Origin: Bugula neritina
Taxonomy: Eukaryota; Animalia; Bryozoa
Direction: 5' to 3'
Assembly: GCA_964035545.1 (NCBI GenBank)
Contig: OZ037765.1
Location: 34,223,504-34,287,503 of the forward strand
Length of the DNA: 64,000 nt
Shown here: positions 13,001 to 25,507 of the stretch, in pieces
Layout: the number at the start of each line of letters is the position of its first letter
Numbering within the stretch: position 1 is the stretch's first letter
Notes under the pieces: model-generated
Told to the model about the DNA's origin: nothing
The model's input: the letters and a program-made list of their open reading frames with translations, nothing else
Databases searched by the model: none
Position numbers and translations under genes: made by a program

Positions 13001-16000
13001 GTCATAGTAGTCAACATGGAACAGTACGAAGAGGTTTCAAATGAATCAACACACAGAGAAGCTGTTAAAAGATTAGCCTTTAATTACATGTCTCACCTCT
13101 ACCTGGCTAACCCAACCCTGGGTGCTCCAAAACTTATCTTCACACATAAAGATAAGTTTCAAAATGTGGAATTCCAAGAGCTTCGAACGAACTTTCTAGA
13201 CACTTCCAATCAGCTGTGTGAGGAGATGATTAAAGAAGAGAAAGCATTGGGTGGAGAATTTGCTCAAATCAAACATTTTAGTGAATCAACTAAAGGAGTC
13301 TTTCTTGGTGAAGACATTTATGAGGTGGGGAAAGATGATAAGTATGAAGTGTTTGACCTGATCAGGGAGTCTTTTCTTCAAAGCAGTCACCATTTTGTGA
13401 AACCATTACCTTTGGTCTGGGAGGAAGTAAATGAAAAAGTGCTGTCTATTCCCTCTGTGTACAGCACCTTTGATGAGATACTGAAATACGTGCAAACCGA
13501 ACTTCAACAAATCGAATCGAGTCAGCTGGACATAATCCTCACATACATGCATGACTGCGGCAAAGTCTTGTGGTATAAAGATATCAGCTCTCTCCGGCCA
13601 TACATATTCCACAAGATTTCACAAGTCACCAAACTTCTCTGCGTCTTGTATCATCATGATCCTGACATTTGGCAGAGTAGAGTTGACAAGTTCCAGCCAT
13701 ATTTTTCAGAGGATGGGATGCTTGTTGAAAAAGAAGACTTTGAAAGATTTGTTAATCATTTCACTAAGACGGGTTTAATGATGCAATGCCTTCTCACTCA
13801 TCTGGTTAAACAAGAAACACCATTTACTGGTCTGGAAGATGTAAAAGTTGCTGTTTGCTTGCTCCTCACATTCCGTTTGTTATATGGTCCTTTACCTGCT
13901 GATTTCAAAGAGCCCTGTTTTATTGTTCCTCAGTTTGCTAATGACCTCTTTGATACCTCTTACTCTTCGCCAAAGAATATGCTTCTTCGAGTTGAAACCC
14001 AATTCAAGGGCTTAGCGCTACCACAATATGTCTACCAGCAGATGAATGTTGGTTTGCTAGAGTTGTTTTCCGATGAATTTGCTGTGATTAAAGTGAAGAA
14101 AAATGGCGCCAATGTCTATCAAGATGGAATCTACACACAGCTGGTACACGACTACAAATCTAGAAAAGTGTCACTCCACGTGTCATCTAATGCTGCCAAC
14201 ATCAGCAGAATGTGGGAGAGACTCATCACCACCAACAACAACATCCTTAGACATGTTCTAGAAACTTGGAAAGCGAGTAGACCAGTCACTACATGCTACT
14301 GTGCTCACTGTCTTCTGCTAGGACTTCCTTGTCCTAATAAAGTGCTGAATCCTCTGTGGTGCAGTCTTCGCTCCTTGAAACATTCCACACCAACAAGTCC
14401 CAGACTGTGCAGCGGATCTTCAACAACCCTGTGTGGTGATGAGGAGATACCCAGTGCTCTTCTGTATCCATGTACGTGTAATTTTATTTCAAAAAATAGT
14501 TGATTTCTCTGTGGTTTATTTATCAACTTCTATTATTGGAATAATTTTTGTGGTAACTGACAGTTTTTCATTCTCCAGGCAGTCCTCTTTCTCCAGAAGA
14601 AGCTGATAACATAAAAAAATGTGTCAACAAACTGAGATCTGCAAGAGAAGAAACTGCTTCAACTGTCCCTGGTAGGATCAGTTGTCTATCATAAACTGTT
14701 ACTGTTAGAAGTAACATCCTTTGCCTGAGCTCAGTCATATGTAAACAGCAAAGGACAAAAACTCATGACCCTCAGTTATATAGGCTCTCTGCAAAAGCTC
14801 ACACACCTTCAATTGTTTTAATTTATTTGTATATTTATTGACTGAAAAACACTCAAGTACTGATTCGATTCATTGTTTATAGTCCTTTTGATACTTAGTA
14901 TCTGTTACTTAGCACTGAATATATCTCTTTTTCGTTTTATTTTAGAGATGGGTAGAGAAAAGAATTGGTTAACTCAAACTACCTCAGTCCTTGTTGAAAA
15001 CGACAACATCAGTGAATGCTCTGATGTTGAAGAGGAAGGATATGCTGACTTCACTAAAGATGACCTTGAACCTTTCATATCTCTAGTTGAGGGTATGCAG
15101 CTGAAACCTACCAACAATGAACCAGTGAAACAGCTGTTTGACAACGACCGACAGGTAAAACAAGTTTTTTGATTTCTTATTAGATCATTGATTAATATTT
15201 TTTTGATATTATGGCTCTTCATCTAATTTCTATTACATTTCATACTTGATTTGATTAATCCATTTTCTGTTGTCTACTTTTAGTAATATAAAATTGATTG
15301 GTTTGCAGGTTTATGCGATGAGTGACCCTGTTAGAGGTCGTGTCATGATCATAAACAATGAGAGATTCTTTAGAGATGATGGCAGTGAACTGACTGAGGC
15401 AACCCGAGATGGTTCATACATCGACTATGTTAACATCAAAACTCTGTTGAAAGACATGGGATTTGTTGTAGCCAATGAAGATGATCCTCTGTTTGACCTG
15501 AGTAAACAGGTTACTGTATCAATTTCTTATCTTTTCCTGTAGTTTATTCTCCCCAGGCTGTAGCTAGCTGTGATATAGCCTATAGCAAGTATTTTTACTG
15601 CAGAACCGAGGCATTGTATTCCAACAAATCTACAATAATATATTGTTAAATTGTATTCAAATTATTAGTTTTTCTCAGTTCTGAGTTTTAGTTTAGAAAC
15701 AGCAGCACTACTTAATAGTTCATCTTTGTTATAAATGTTTTAGTGTAACTTTGAAGCAGCTTTTGCTCGTGCGTAGAAACATTTACTTATCCAAACTTGA
15801 TTTTACACACCATTATATACTTTTATTTTGCCAGGAGATATTATCAGAAGTGAGGAAGGAGACCACCGACAAAGACCACAAAGATCTTGGCATGTTCATT
15901 CTAGTCATCATGTCACACGGAACTTCTGGAAACATCTTCTATGACAAATACTGTAAACCTGTCAACTTGTCAGAAGTCAAAGATTTACTCTCAGCTAGTA

Positions 16001-17043
16001 ACTTTCTTGCCATGAGAGGAAAACCCAAACTCATCATCTTCCATGCTTGTTCTGGCAGTGAGTAATGCAGAGTTGTTCGTCATGTTACTAGAACTAGCAG
16101 TTAGATTGCATAGTTTCCTATAACTATAACATTAATTAATTTAAGGAATCATTATTTTCAAGATGCCTTATGTTATTGGAGTATGCCTATGAGGAAGTGA
16201 GCTACACCTCATAACTGGAATCCAATAAACAGTGCTGTGTAATAGAGTTCTGCTTGTGAATCCAGTCCTAACTTATTACTTACCAACAAATCACAGAGTC
16301 TACATTATATGTATTTCATATACAGGCAGAGCTGACTTTGGTAATGCTGCACAGTCGCAAAGCCCAGACACCGTCTCACCACCAACGCCAACCCCTCTAC
16401 CCTCATCTTCTGCAACAGCTGGGAGTGAGTCTTCTGCAGGTCAAAATGTGTCTCCAAATATTCACTTTGATAAATTCACTCACCTAGATGCTGATGACTT
16501 CTACATTGTGAAGCCAAGTACAGAAAGTTAGTGAGAAGAAAATTATATTTGAGTTGACTAAAACTTTTATTGGTGCAAATTAAAATATTTGTTGCATGTA
16601 AATAAAACTATAGTAAGAATTAAATAGAAAGTATTTCACATATCAATTTGGCCTTCATATTTAACTGCTCATTTTCATGTGTTGCAGCTTACAAGGCTGG
16701 TAGGAATGAGAATTATGGTACCTGGTTTATCAGAATACTGGTGGCTACATTCTACTGACACAGCTGTCACAGAGATGTTAGTGAGCTGTTTAGGATAGTA
16801 AGTACTTCAGTATTACTCTTTGCATGATACTGTGGAGCGTGTTGAGTCATCAGCTTTATATTTCTCTTATATTTATACTTACAGATACAAGACAGAGTTA
16901 GACGAGTCAGTATTGCATATTGTAAGAAGACAGGAGATGAAGCAGCTGGTGGTAATGTACCTAATTGTCAGGAATGTACTTTCACTCACCTCAGAAAACT
17001 TTTCTTTTTTCCAAAGTTTCATGGCAGACAACTCCCACAGTGA
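4018..17043 (+). CDS. Gene A: myristoylated LRR-ROC-COR-caspase (ROCO family, MFHAS1-like core with fused C-terminal caspase); ~1540 codons, one in-frame TGA at 16756-16758
   Basis: Manually spliced GT-AG exons with consistent phases: 4018-4054, 4928-5159, LRR cassettes 5428-5571, 6346-6489, 6759-6902, 7786-7929, 8697-8840, 9108-9251, 9581-9724, 10060-10203, [putative micro-exon 12243-12249], 12470-14471, 14579-14671, 14946-15154, 15309-15509, 15835-16057, 16326-16526, 16688-16797, 16885-17043. Motifs: MGQSES, LxxLxLxxN/C repeats, [54 protein letters not shown]. The exon structure is mirrored in gene B. Confidence 0.85.
5818..6223. mobile_element. MITE related to 8106-8536
   Basis: AGACCCTTTTCCAA..TTGGAAAAGGGTCT termini; internal GAGCAATGCTGAAG shared. 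Confidence 0.65.
8106..8536. mobile_element. Palindromic MITE in LRR intron
   Basis: TIR AATAGATCCCTTTCAG.. / ..CTGAAAAGGGTCTATT with ~65-bp imperfect arms and an internal hairpin (~8195-8290). A related element lies at ~5818-6223. Confidence 0.7.
10303..12225. repeat. ~23-bp satellite (ACTGAGATATATTATAATGTTAT)n, split by the 10447-11605 insertion
   Basis: Direct reading; the same satellite sits at the equivalent position in gene B. Confidence 0.93.
10447..11605. mobile_element. Non-autonomous TIR element (GGGGTAA..TTACCCC, TA TSD; Tc1/mariner-pogo-like)
   Basis: Inserted at a TA inside the 23-bp satellite; internal GGGGCACAATGGGCCA-type motifs. Confidence 0.8.
12470..14471 (+). CDS. Gene A large exon: last LRRs + LRR C-cap (SPPLEVCQRG) + ROC GTPase + COR
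   Basis: ORF 12344-14503. P-loop [10 protein letters not shown]3 DMGGQEVY, G4 THKD, COR-type [13 protein letters not shown], terminal CYCAHC. Acceptor tacag|ATT, donor CCAT|gtacgt. Confidence 0.92.
15309..17043 (+). CDS. Gene A caspase (peptidase C14) domain exons
   Basis: YAMSDPVRGRVMIINN..TRDGSYID; LVIMSHG; RGKPKLIIFHACSG; DADDFYI; GRNENYGTWFI; RKLFFFP. TGA at 16756. Confidence 0.9.
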
Positions 17044-20000
17044 GTGACGTCTGCAGCACATCACGTGTTCACATGCAGCAGACACAGACCTGCCATATTA
17101 GCTAGTTACTTGCAGCTGCTAGACAGACTTGTCATATGTCTTTTGATTTTATGCAATTATTTCTAATTCTATTAGTTTATATATTTTCTATGTACCTGTG
17201 ACATTATTTTTATTCTGCTAAGTTTCTTATACGTGCTTTTTAGTTTTACCAATTTTTTTGTAAACAATTGATAGACGTTATCACATATTGGTGATTAGTA
17301 GCCCTTTCATACTGTAAGACCTGATCAATATCTGCTGGGAGTGGAAAGTCATGCTTAGACTCCACATTTAGGTTATTAGTGAAATCAATAGCAACTTTTC
17401 CCATTACTGCTTTTTCAGTTTATTAGCTGCTATAAATAGAGACATGATGTGTTACACAAAGGATTTCATGAATATTTATATTACATAATATGTAAAAGTA
17501 TGATAGTAATAATAGGTAGCTTTTTCTTTGCTATGTACAAGCTATCAAATTATAGCTGTTGTAGTTAAACACTGACAGAAGGTAGCAGTATTTTAACTTC
17601 TGTTGTAACTGAAACCTCAGTGATCAGCCAATCAATATATAGTTGTGGTTTTACTGATTTCTTTTAGTTGCCACTTATGCAGTTTTTATATCAAAAGTGA
17701 TTGTATGTTTTTATAAATATATATTATATCTACCCGTACACTATACTATATCTACTCTATACTATACTATATCTACTCCTTACACTATACTATATCTACT
17801 CTATACACTATACTATATATACTCTACACACTATACTATATCTACTCTATATACTATACTATATCTATTCTATACACTATACTAGTACTGCAGGCTGCAT
17901 GTTTTTAGCATATATAAAAATGGAGCATTTAAAAGGCGGTTGTCCACTCGAATTCATATACGTGTGCAAAATAATTCTATTTGTTGACCCTTTGAGGGTC
18001 ACATGAATGTCAGCGGGGGGGGGGGGGGGATGGGGGCACATTCGGGGCTACCTGTTGGACAGCCCTGTTTTAAGCAACAAGCAATAAGTGTTTTAGGAGT
18101 TGTATTCCTTTCGAGTAAAAATTTACTTTGCTTCAGCTATGGTTTCAAACCAAAATTACAGTATTTAAAATATATAAAAAATTAAGTGTTTTCAAAAAAA
18201 AATTCACGAGTGAAATTTACTTTTAAAACTTAGTTTTTGAATATTTCTAATACGCGAACGGTAGGATAAAAACACTACCAAAGCAGTTCCGGCATAAAAA
18301 GTCATGGCTACTACCAGTAAAACAACCGCAACTACAATAAATGATACTTGGGCCATTGCTTCCTTTGCAAAGGCGAATGAATTTTTGGGATGCTCTTCAT
18401 TTGACACTAGCAATGTTATTTTGACAAATAGGCAGTCTATGTCAATATATAAGGTAGTATCTTTCATTTTCTGTAATGCTAATTTGAAGAATTTTTATAA
18501 ATATAATAATTATAATAATAATAATAAAATTAATATTGTTGTACTAGTAGTAGTACAGTACTACTAGACACTAGTATAAGTATAACTACAACCAGTAGTA
18601 GTTATAGTAGTATTAGTACTACTACAACTACTAGTAGTACTACTACTAGTACTAGTACTAAACGCTAAAACAGTAACCAGTGCCCAGTCCAGAGGCAGCA
18701 GACGTTGTAGTAGTACAGGTCCTACCAGTCTACCACTACTACTAGTACTAGTGGTAGACTGGTAGGACTTGTACTTTGACTTGCAGTAAAAGTACTACTT
18801 ATACGTAGTTACACTTTGACTTTCAGTATTTTTGCCATTAGTTTTAGTGTTCGTAGTACTAGTACAACTAGTACTACTACTAAATCTAGTTTATTTCTAA
18901 CAGTAGCTGACAAACTCTAGTAACTTAAACTGGTGTGGGTATATCTAAACTAAGATTGGTAAGTACACAATTTTAGTTAGGCACTGTAACACTAATTATT
19001 AGTTAGAGTCTACTTAATGACTTGTATTTGTACGAATAGTGATAATCACAGTATGAGTATGAATAACTCAATAACTAATAACTATAAGTATAAGCAAAGC
19101 TAAGTTAAAGTGTTTTACTTTTAGTAAAATTAAGTAACAAACCACTATAACTGACTAAGCACTCAGTCAAAGTCATTTACGGTCGCTAGAAAGTGAAATG
19201 TGCTATAATAGTACAGTCAATTCAGCATAGTGACGCCGAGTCAAGCAGTTATTAATTATTATGATAATCGATCTAAATACGCAGGAATTTTTTTTCAACT
19301 TGATTTTGAATTGACTAATTCGTAATAACTATAAGTATTGGATTAAATCAGTTAATACTCGCGTTTTAATTAAGCCTTTCGGTGAATGGCACTGATTCCT
19401 AATACATATTTAAAGTAAATTTCAGTGATAACTATTGAGTATTGAAATGTGATGACACACATTTACTAACTTAGCCTTTAATTATTTTAAAATTTATTTT
19501 ATTCATACTCGGTCGTTGAGTAATTAGCATAAATCAATCACTGTAGTTCAATTCTAAATCATACTCAATCACGATAACCTTTATGTTTTTGCTAAACTAA
19601 ATCTAAATGGCCTTAAAATTTATGCCATGATGAGTTGTTTGTATCGCTTTTAAAATGATTTTAGAATTTTGCTATCAAGTTGAGAAAATAAATTTAGTTA
19701 TTTCAGAGTTTCTTCGGCCTGGATGAGTATTCTCTGCAGTAGAGCCTCTTTCTCATATAATTCACTGCGGAATAAATTATTACTGAAAGTTAAGGCAATA
19801 ATAACTCAACATGTGTTTTTATGCTTCATTCATGAGAGTAGTTCTCTGTTTAGAATATTATTAAATACTAGAGTTTGAGTTGTGATAAACTTAGGTGAGT
19901 GATCAGCAGACAGTATCAAGTTGTACTCTCAAATCAGAGAGCAGTTTCTGTCTGCCTGTGGTTTATGATCACGAAGAAGAACATTATGTTGGTTTGGTTG

Positions 20001-20494
20001 AGAATCTTGGAAAGAAGAGACTTTGTGTCTGGACAAATGAACTTTCTAACTACAAGGACTGGAAGAAGAAACTGGTAAATCTCTCACTTTGAATATTTCA
20101 CTTGTTTTGTGATTTATAAGATAATATGTTTACAATAACACAATTTGTTGGTCATTTGGTGGAGTATATTTATAGCATTGGAAATGTTGAAGTAGTGAGA
20201 ATAGAATATAGAGAATGATAACCTAATAATGGTTGGTTCATAATACAAGTGTAACTGTTGTAGTTATCAACTGAGGTGACTGAACTGGTAGAAGTAGAGA
20301 AGACAGAACCACTGGTGGTCACATCTAATAACTGTGTGTGCTGGTTGTCTCATGTGGAGGACACTTCACTGTCTGTCCATCTGCTGCCTCCAGATCTGAG
20401 AGATGCTGACGTGGAGATTAGTCAGTTTAAAAGTTACAGTTGGAGTAATAGAACTGAGATTGTCTACATTGTGACTGTTGATGTGAGTATCTCA

Positions 20495-20824
20495 ATGTGT
20501 CAGTGTGGTGTCACAATGTGTCAGTATGGTGTCACAATGTGTCAGTATGATGTCACAATGTGTCAGTATGATGTCACAGTAATCAGTATGGTGTCACAAT
20601 GTGTCAGTATGGTGTCTCACCTAATAAGTAGAGTGTCACAGTAGAGTGTCACAGTAGAGTGTCACAGTAGAGTGTCACAGTAGAGTGTCACAGTAGAGTG
20701 TCACAGTAGAGTGTCACAGTAGAGTGTCACAGTGGAGTGTCGCAGTAGAGTGTCGCAATAGGGTGTCGCGGTAGAGTGTCGCGATAGAGTGTCACAGTAG
20801 AGTGTCACAGTAGAGTGTCACAGT
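20495..20824. repeat. 21-bp (ATGTGTCAGTATGGTGTCACA) then 13-bp (CAGTAGAGTGTCA) tandem repeats in NOL11 intron
   Basis: Direct reading. Confidence 0.9.
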
Positions 20825-21650
20825 TGTTGACATGCATCATAATCATTGCTGTTGAAATATCTACAGTTTCTGTTGTGTTATTTCAGGGACAACACCTTGT
20901 ATATAAGTTACAGTTCAACGACAAGCAGGTGTTTGGCAAGTCTACGCAGGTGTTTCTCAACTACACAGATGTGACATCAGTGTGTAGAGTTGTCCCTCAT
21001 GCTGAGCCTAATTACATTGCTACTAGTGAGTCTGATACTATTGAATATATACTGTGTCTCTGTATGACGTCACCTTTACAATAACCAGTTTATCTGAAAT
21101 ACTCTATACAGGTGGTAAGGGTGAGATACTATACTCTACCGGTACATCTGAAGAAGTTATTTCCTCTCTCAACTCACAGTTTTCTACTCAGTGTGTCTCT
21201 CTTCACCTACTAGACTCTGACCAGCTTCTCATTGCAACATCTCACAGCTCTACGAATACAGGCTAGTATATAGTTTACCTTTTCTGAAGATGATTGTTCT
21301 AGTAAAGTAGTTCTACTGTAACTGTATGCCTCCTTTACTTGAATATGAGTAGATGTAATCCCATCAGTGTAGCTGTACTCATAGCACCTGTTTAGACGTG
21401 TCACAGCTCAAGTATGGTGACATGTGCTGGTCTTGTAGGTGTCTTACTTATATTCAGTATCAAGTTCAGAACTACGAGGGTTCTAAAGAGTCTGGACAGT
21501 GAGCTCTACGGTGATAAACCTGTGACTCTTCTACCTCCATACATACTGACTCACACGGAGAGCTCATTGCAGGCTCACTCATATAAGTACAGCAAGTTGA
21601 CACTAAGGAGCATGATTGGCAGTTTGAGACTGTCTGCTGATTCTGAGTTG

Positions 21651-22059
21651 GTGAGTCACCAGGTTATTCAGTGAGTTATCAGGTTATTCAGTGAGTCACC
21701 AGGTTATTCAGTGAGTTACCAGGTTATTCAGTGAGTCACCAGGTTATTCACTGAGTCACCAGGTTATTCAGTGAGTTGCCAGGTTATTCAGTGAGTCACC
21801 AGGTTATTCAGTAAGTCACCAGGTTATTCAGTGAGTTACCAGGTTATTCAGTGAGTCACCAGGTTATTCAGTGAGTTACCAGGTTATTCAGTGAGTTACC
21901 AGGTTATTCAGTGAGTCACCAGGTTATTCAGTGAGTTACCAGGTTATTCAGTGAGTTACCAGGTTATTCAGTGAGTTACCAGGTTATTCAGTGAGTTACC
22001 AGGTTATTCAGTGAGTTACCAGGTTATTCAGTGAGTTACCAGGTTATTCAGTGAGTCAC
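21651..22059. repeat. 20-bp tandem repeat GTGAGT(C/T)ACCAGGTTATTCA, ~20 copies
   Basis: Begins exactly at the splice donor after 21650. Confidence 0.95.
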
Positions 22060-23051
22060 TCAAGAGAAGCTGTACTAAATCATGGTAGCGTTAACCTTCT
22101 GCATTTGTTTCTAATAATATTCAACTCTCTCTTTTAGACTAAAGCTGAAGAACTCAACTCCTGTATGAAGTATTTAGAAACTCAAGCTACGGTGTGTAGG
22201 TGCGATGTTGAGTAGATATCAGTACATTCCAGTCACAGACATCTTCTATCTTCAAATCTGTATCTTGAGAGTAGCCCAGTATACTCTGAACTTTAACCTC
22301 TTAGTGCACATAACTCCCTGACTACTGTTCTACTTGAGATTTTATGTTTAGAATGGACAAGAGTTGGTGGAAGAGTTGGCCAAGTATGATAGGAGTTTGT
22401 TATTAGAAGTTGTGCTCCCCTATACATCCCTAACCTCCATGAGATGGAGCTCCGCTGTGGTTCTAAGACTACTCAGTTATCTTACCTTACCTTCACAGTG
22501 AGTTACTATATACTACTCTACTCAGTTACTCTCACACTGAGTTACTATATACTACTCTACTCAGTTACTCTCACACTGAGCTACTATATACTACTCTACT
22601 CAGTTACTCTCACACTGAGTCACTATATTACTCTACCCAGTTACTCTCACACTAAGTTACTATATACTACTCTAGTATCTACTCAGTCAAGTAGTGTGTT
22701 TATATGTTTTCAGTAAAATATAGTTTGGCTAAACGTAATTTCACAAAGTTCTCTGCACCATAAAACCAATTTGTTCTGTGATGAGTTTCTAGGCTCTTCT
22801 CAGAATCTATTCATTTATATTCTACTTCAAGAGCATTGAATAACTGGCAGCAAGTAGTGATGAAGTGAGTTGAACTCAGAACTCTTTCAGAGAAGGTATG
22901 AATCCACTCTAAAAGGTGGAGTTACTTCCCCCATTCCTCAATATGTATTACATGTGTCTACCTTTTCCTTCTTTGATATATTCTGCACAGAGTATCTCCT
23001 CTGTCTCTTGATACCAGCTGCTGAAATTCTCTTTTACTGGCTGTTTGAGAG

Positions 23052-23280
23052 TTGGCAGTGTGGTGTTGCTAGGTGACACTGTGTTGCTAGGTGATAGTGT
23101 GTTGCTAGGTGGCAGTGTGTTGCTAGGCGACACTGTGTTGCTAGGTGGCAGTGTGTTGCTAAGTGACACTGTGTTGCTAGGTGACACTGTGTTGCTAGGT
23201 GGTAGTGTGTTGCTAGGTGATAAGTGTGTTGCTAGGTGACGGTGTGTTGCTAGGTGATATTGTGTTGCTAGGTGATGCCG
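23052..23280. repeat. 18-bp tandem repeat (GTGTTGCTAGGTGACACT-like); a 39-bp repeat also lies at ~22480-22670
   Basis: Direct reading. Confidence 0.9.
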
Positions 23281-24729
23281 TGTAGTAACTAACTGTACTA
23301 TTGAAGGAGAGATACCTTGGAGTATTTATATGTTTGACTCACTGTTACAAGTTCATAGGACTTGCTTGATATCATGTGCAAGTCCTTTGAAGTTGACTTC
23401 TGAGTTGACAGAACAGTAAACCACCAATTCAGTCACATGACTACAATCTACTCAGTAGTAATCTGTACTAGAATATATTCTATCATTACATCTCAATACT
23501 TACATCAACTGTTTAGTACGTCGCTAACAACAGGCATTACATGTATTTAGTTATTTGTATTATGTAATTAGTGAGTGACATTGCAACTATCCAACAGTTT
23601 AGTCTAACTGAGCTTTGAAATATCTTAGAATACTTAATTTTACATGAAACTTGTGTATGATTCAAGTTGTCACATGTTTAATGTTAGGTCACATGCCTGT
23701 CACCTTGACTTCATACTTTGTATACTAGCTAACTCTGATATCTATGAGCTAATGTAAACATAGCTATACCTATGATAAGGTGGCCATGGTAGACACGTGA
23801 CGTGCTGCAGACGTCGTTAGCTTGGGTGCTATCAAAAGGTGAAGAACGGATTTATGAGCTGAGTGAAGTTATGTTAGTACTGTAGTACTCTGTTGGAGTT
23901 GTGTTTTCTCAGTCAGTAATGAACTTCGTTCAAACTGACTGCGGGAATGCTGCATCTCACCGCTTGACAACTGAATTCAACTTAAGGTATTAACTAACAT
24001 TTACGTAATCTTGAGTGACACTGTGTCTATTTGAATATATAACTACTAAACTATGTTATCTATGAGCTAAACTATATGCTATAAACTATATGAGCTAATG
24101 TAAACATAGCTATATACCGTAAACTATGATAAGGTAGCCATGGTATGCTATACATTATACATTCTGTAGGTAACAACACAGCAGGGTAGTTCAACTGTAG
24201 CTAATGTAAGGTACAGAGTAGACAGTGTGACAGACTCTGTATACTAACAGGTATAACTATATGTACTTAAAGTTTAAACTTCTCATTCCATCACCTGATT
24301 ACATAATAGTTGATTACATGTATATTAATTTAGTATCTGTTATATAATAAATTCATGTACAATAACTGTTGAGTGTTTTGGTGAGAATGTAACTTGAAAT
24401 TTATTTGACTAACTTTTCCTAAACCCCTCAATCCAAACCTAAACCCCCTCCCAACTCCCCAAACTCAATATTGTAAATGTTCCACCTATTAAATGCCATC
24501 AACTTTTTCACTGATAGTCTAAACACAATATTCTCCTAAATTCTGAGAATAGCAAGTTTATTGTTATACTCTAATGACTATACTGTAGTTATATTACATG
24601 TAAACTGTATACACTATCATATCTACAACTAACCCTGCTATATATATTACCAGTCACTATACAGCTATTCACATCTGTCACTAGTATGTCAACTGCAAGT
24701 TTTCCTGTTGGCTGGTTGCCAAAAGTCTT

Positions 24730-25026
24730 CTATAAACGAGAACTGATATCAAAGAGTATACATAGCTTGAGTGGGTATCATTATTCTGAGGGTAACAAAA
24801 GCCAATACCAAAGAGCATAATTTCAACAACCTATCACGTGATCATATAAACACTATTACTTGCAGTGCAGCACTAACTAGCACACACTAAGAGGGAAGTC
24901 ACTTATCCCTTCCTAGACATAGTGAGAAGATAATCAAGTTAGTTTATGGAGGATATTATGTAACATATGCAGATGGTGAAGAGTATCTCAACTCACCTGC
25001 TGACTTCATTTTAATTCACTGTAAGT
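24730..25026 (+). promoter_or_regulatory. 5' module copy 3 (gene B distal; no MGQSES exon of its own)
   Basis: Near-identical block; its upstream flank ~24360-24730 matches ~3025-3345; donor at 25021. Confidence 0.45.
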
Positions 25027-25435
25027 ACAATTTATTCAGTTAGTTATTAACTACTAAGAAATGTAGCTGAATACTAATATATATAAGTTGGTTCCCTTTA
25101 GTTTAGGTAAACCATGTGACACATAATGAGACAGTCCCATAGTTCATTACACAAGTCTAAATCTTGAGGATGTATTCTTGAAATAACATCAGTTTCAGTG
25201 TATTACTAGATTAGCCAGCTATGAGTGGATACAGTTTGCTTGTTGAAACTCAGTGACCTTGTTAATTGGTAAAAAAATTATTGCAGATTTATTAACTATC
25301 TGAATAAAATCCTCCTGTACCTCATTTGGAATCTTCAACAGAATATTGGCAAGGGTTATGTTAGAGTGGAATTTTTTGTTGTGTGAATGTAGCTCAGGCA
25401 TAGACTGGTCACACTCTGCTAAGAGTTTACCCAGT

Positions 25436-25507
25436 ACTCCCTGTGGTGTAATGGTTAGTAGGCCTGTTGCCAAGTAGGAGGTCTCAGGTTCTAATCCTAG
25501 TGGAGCA
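25436..25507 (+). other. tRNA-derived sequence (SINE head or tRNA pseudogene)
   Basis: A-box TGGTGTAATGG and B-box GGTTCTAATCC at tRNA-like spacing; stems imperfect. A similar tRNA-like head lies in both CAC..GTG copies (~30982-31042, ~45467-45530). Confidence 0.45.

Larger units (their letters stand above)
19895..22500 (+). pseudogene. NOL11: Nucleolar protein 11-like, 5'-partial and probably degenerate duplicate
   Basis: Spliced VSDQQTVSSCTLKSESSFCLPVVYD..KRLCVWTNE..|LSTEVTELVEVEKTEPLVV matches the NOL11 N-terminal pattern (VSDQK..W..K..P.V..LRIW..LSAEV..TEPLV, from memory). Exons ~19895-20074, 20264-20482, 20887-21025, 21112-21261, 21439-21650, 22138-22191, 22352-. The presumptive first exon (~19620-19790) and the last visible exon contain stops; no C-terminal half found. 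Confidence 0.7.

Noticed and set aside
16756-16758. Selenocysteine recoding of the TGA
   Set aside because: The aligned residue in B is Lys, not Cys, and I see no convincing SECIS in the 3' UTR.
21651-22059. CRISPR-like regular repeats (also the 144-nt repeats separated by variable DNA)
   Set aside because: No unique spacers in the minisatellite; the 144-nt units are spliceosomal exons; eukaryotic context with no cas genes.
22444-23239. Repetitive ORFs (SYYILLYSVTLTL; GDTVLL / SPSNTL)
   Set aside because: Products of 39-bp and 18-bp tandem repeats.
25436-25507. Functional tRNA gene
   Set aside because: Acceptor and anticodon stems pair poorly; more likely SINE-derived.
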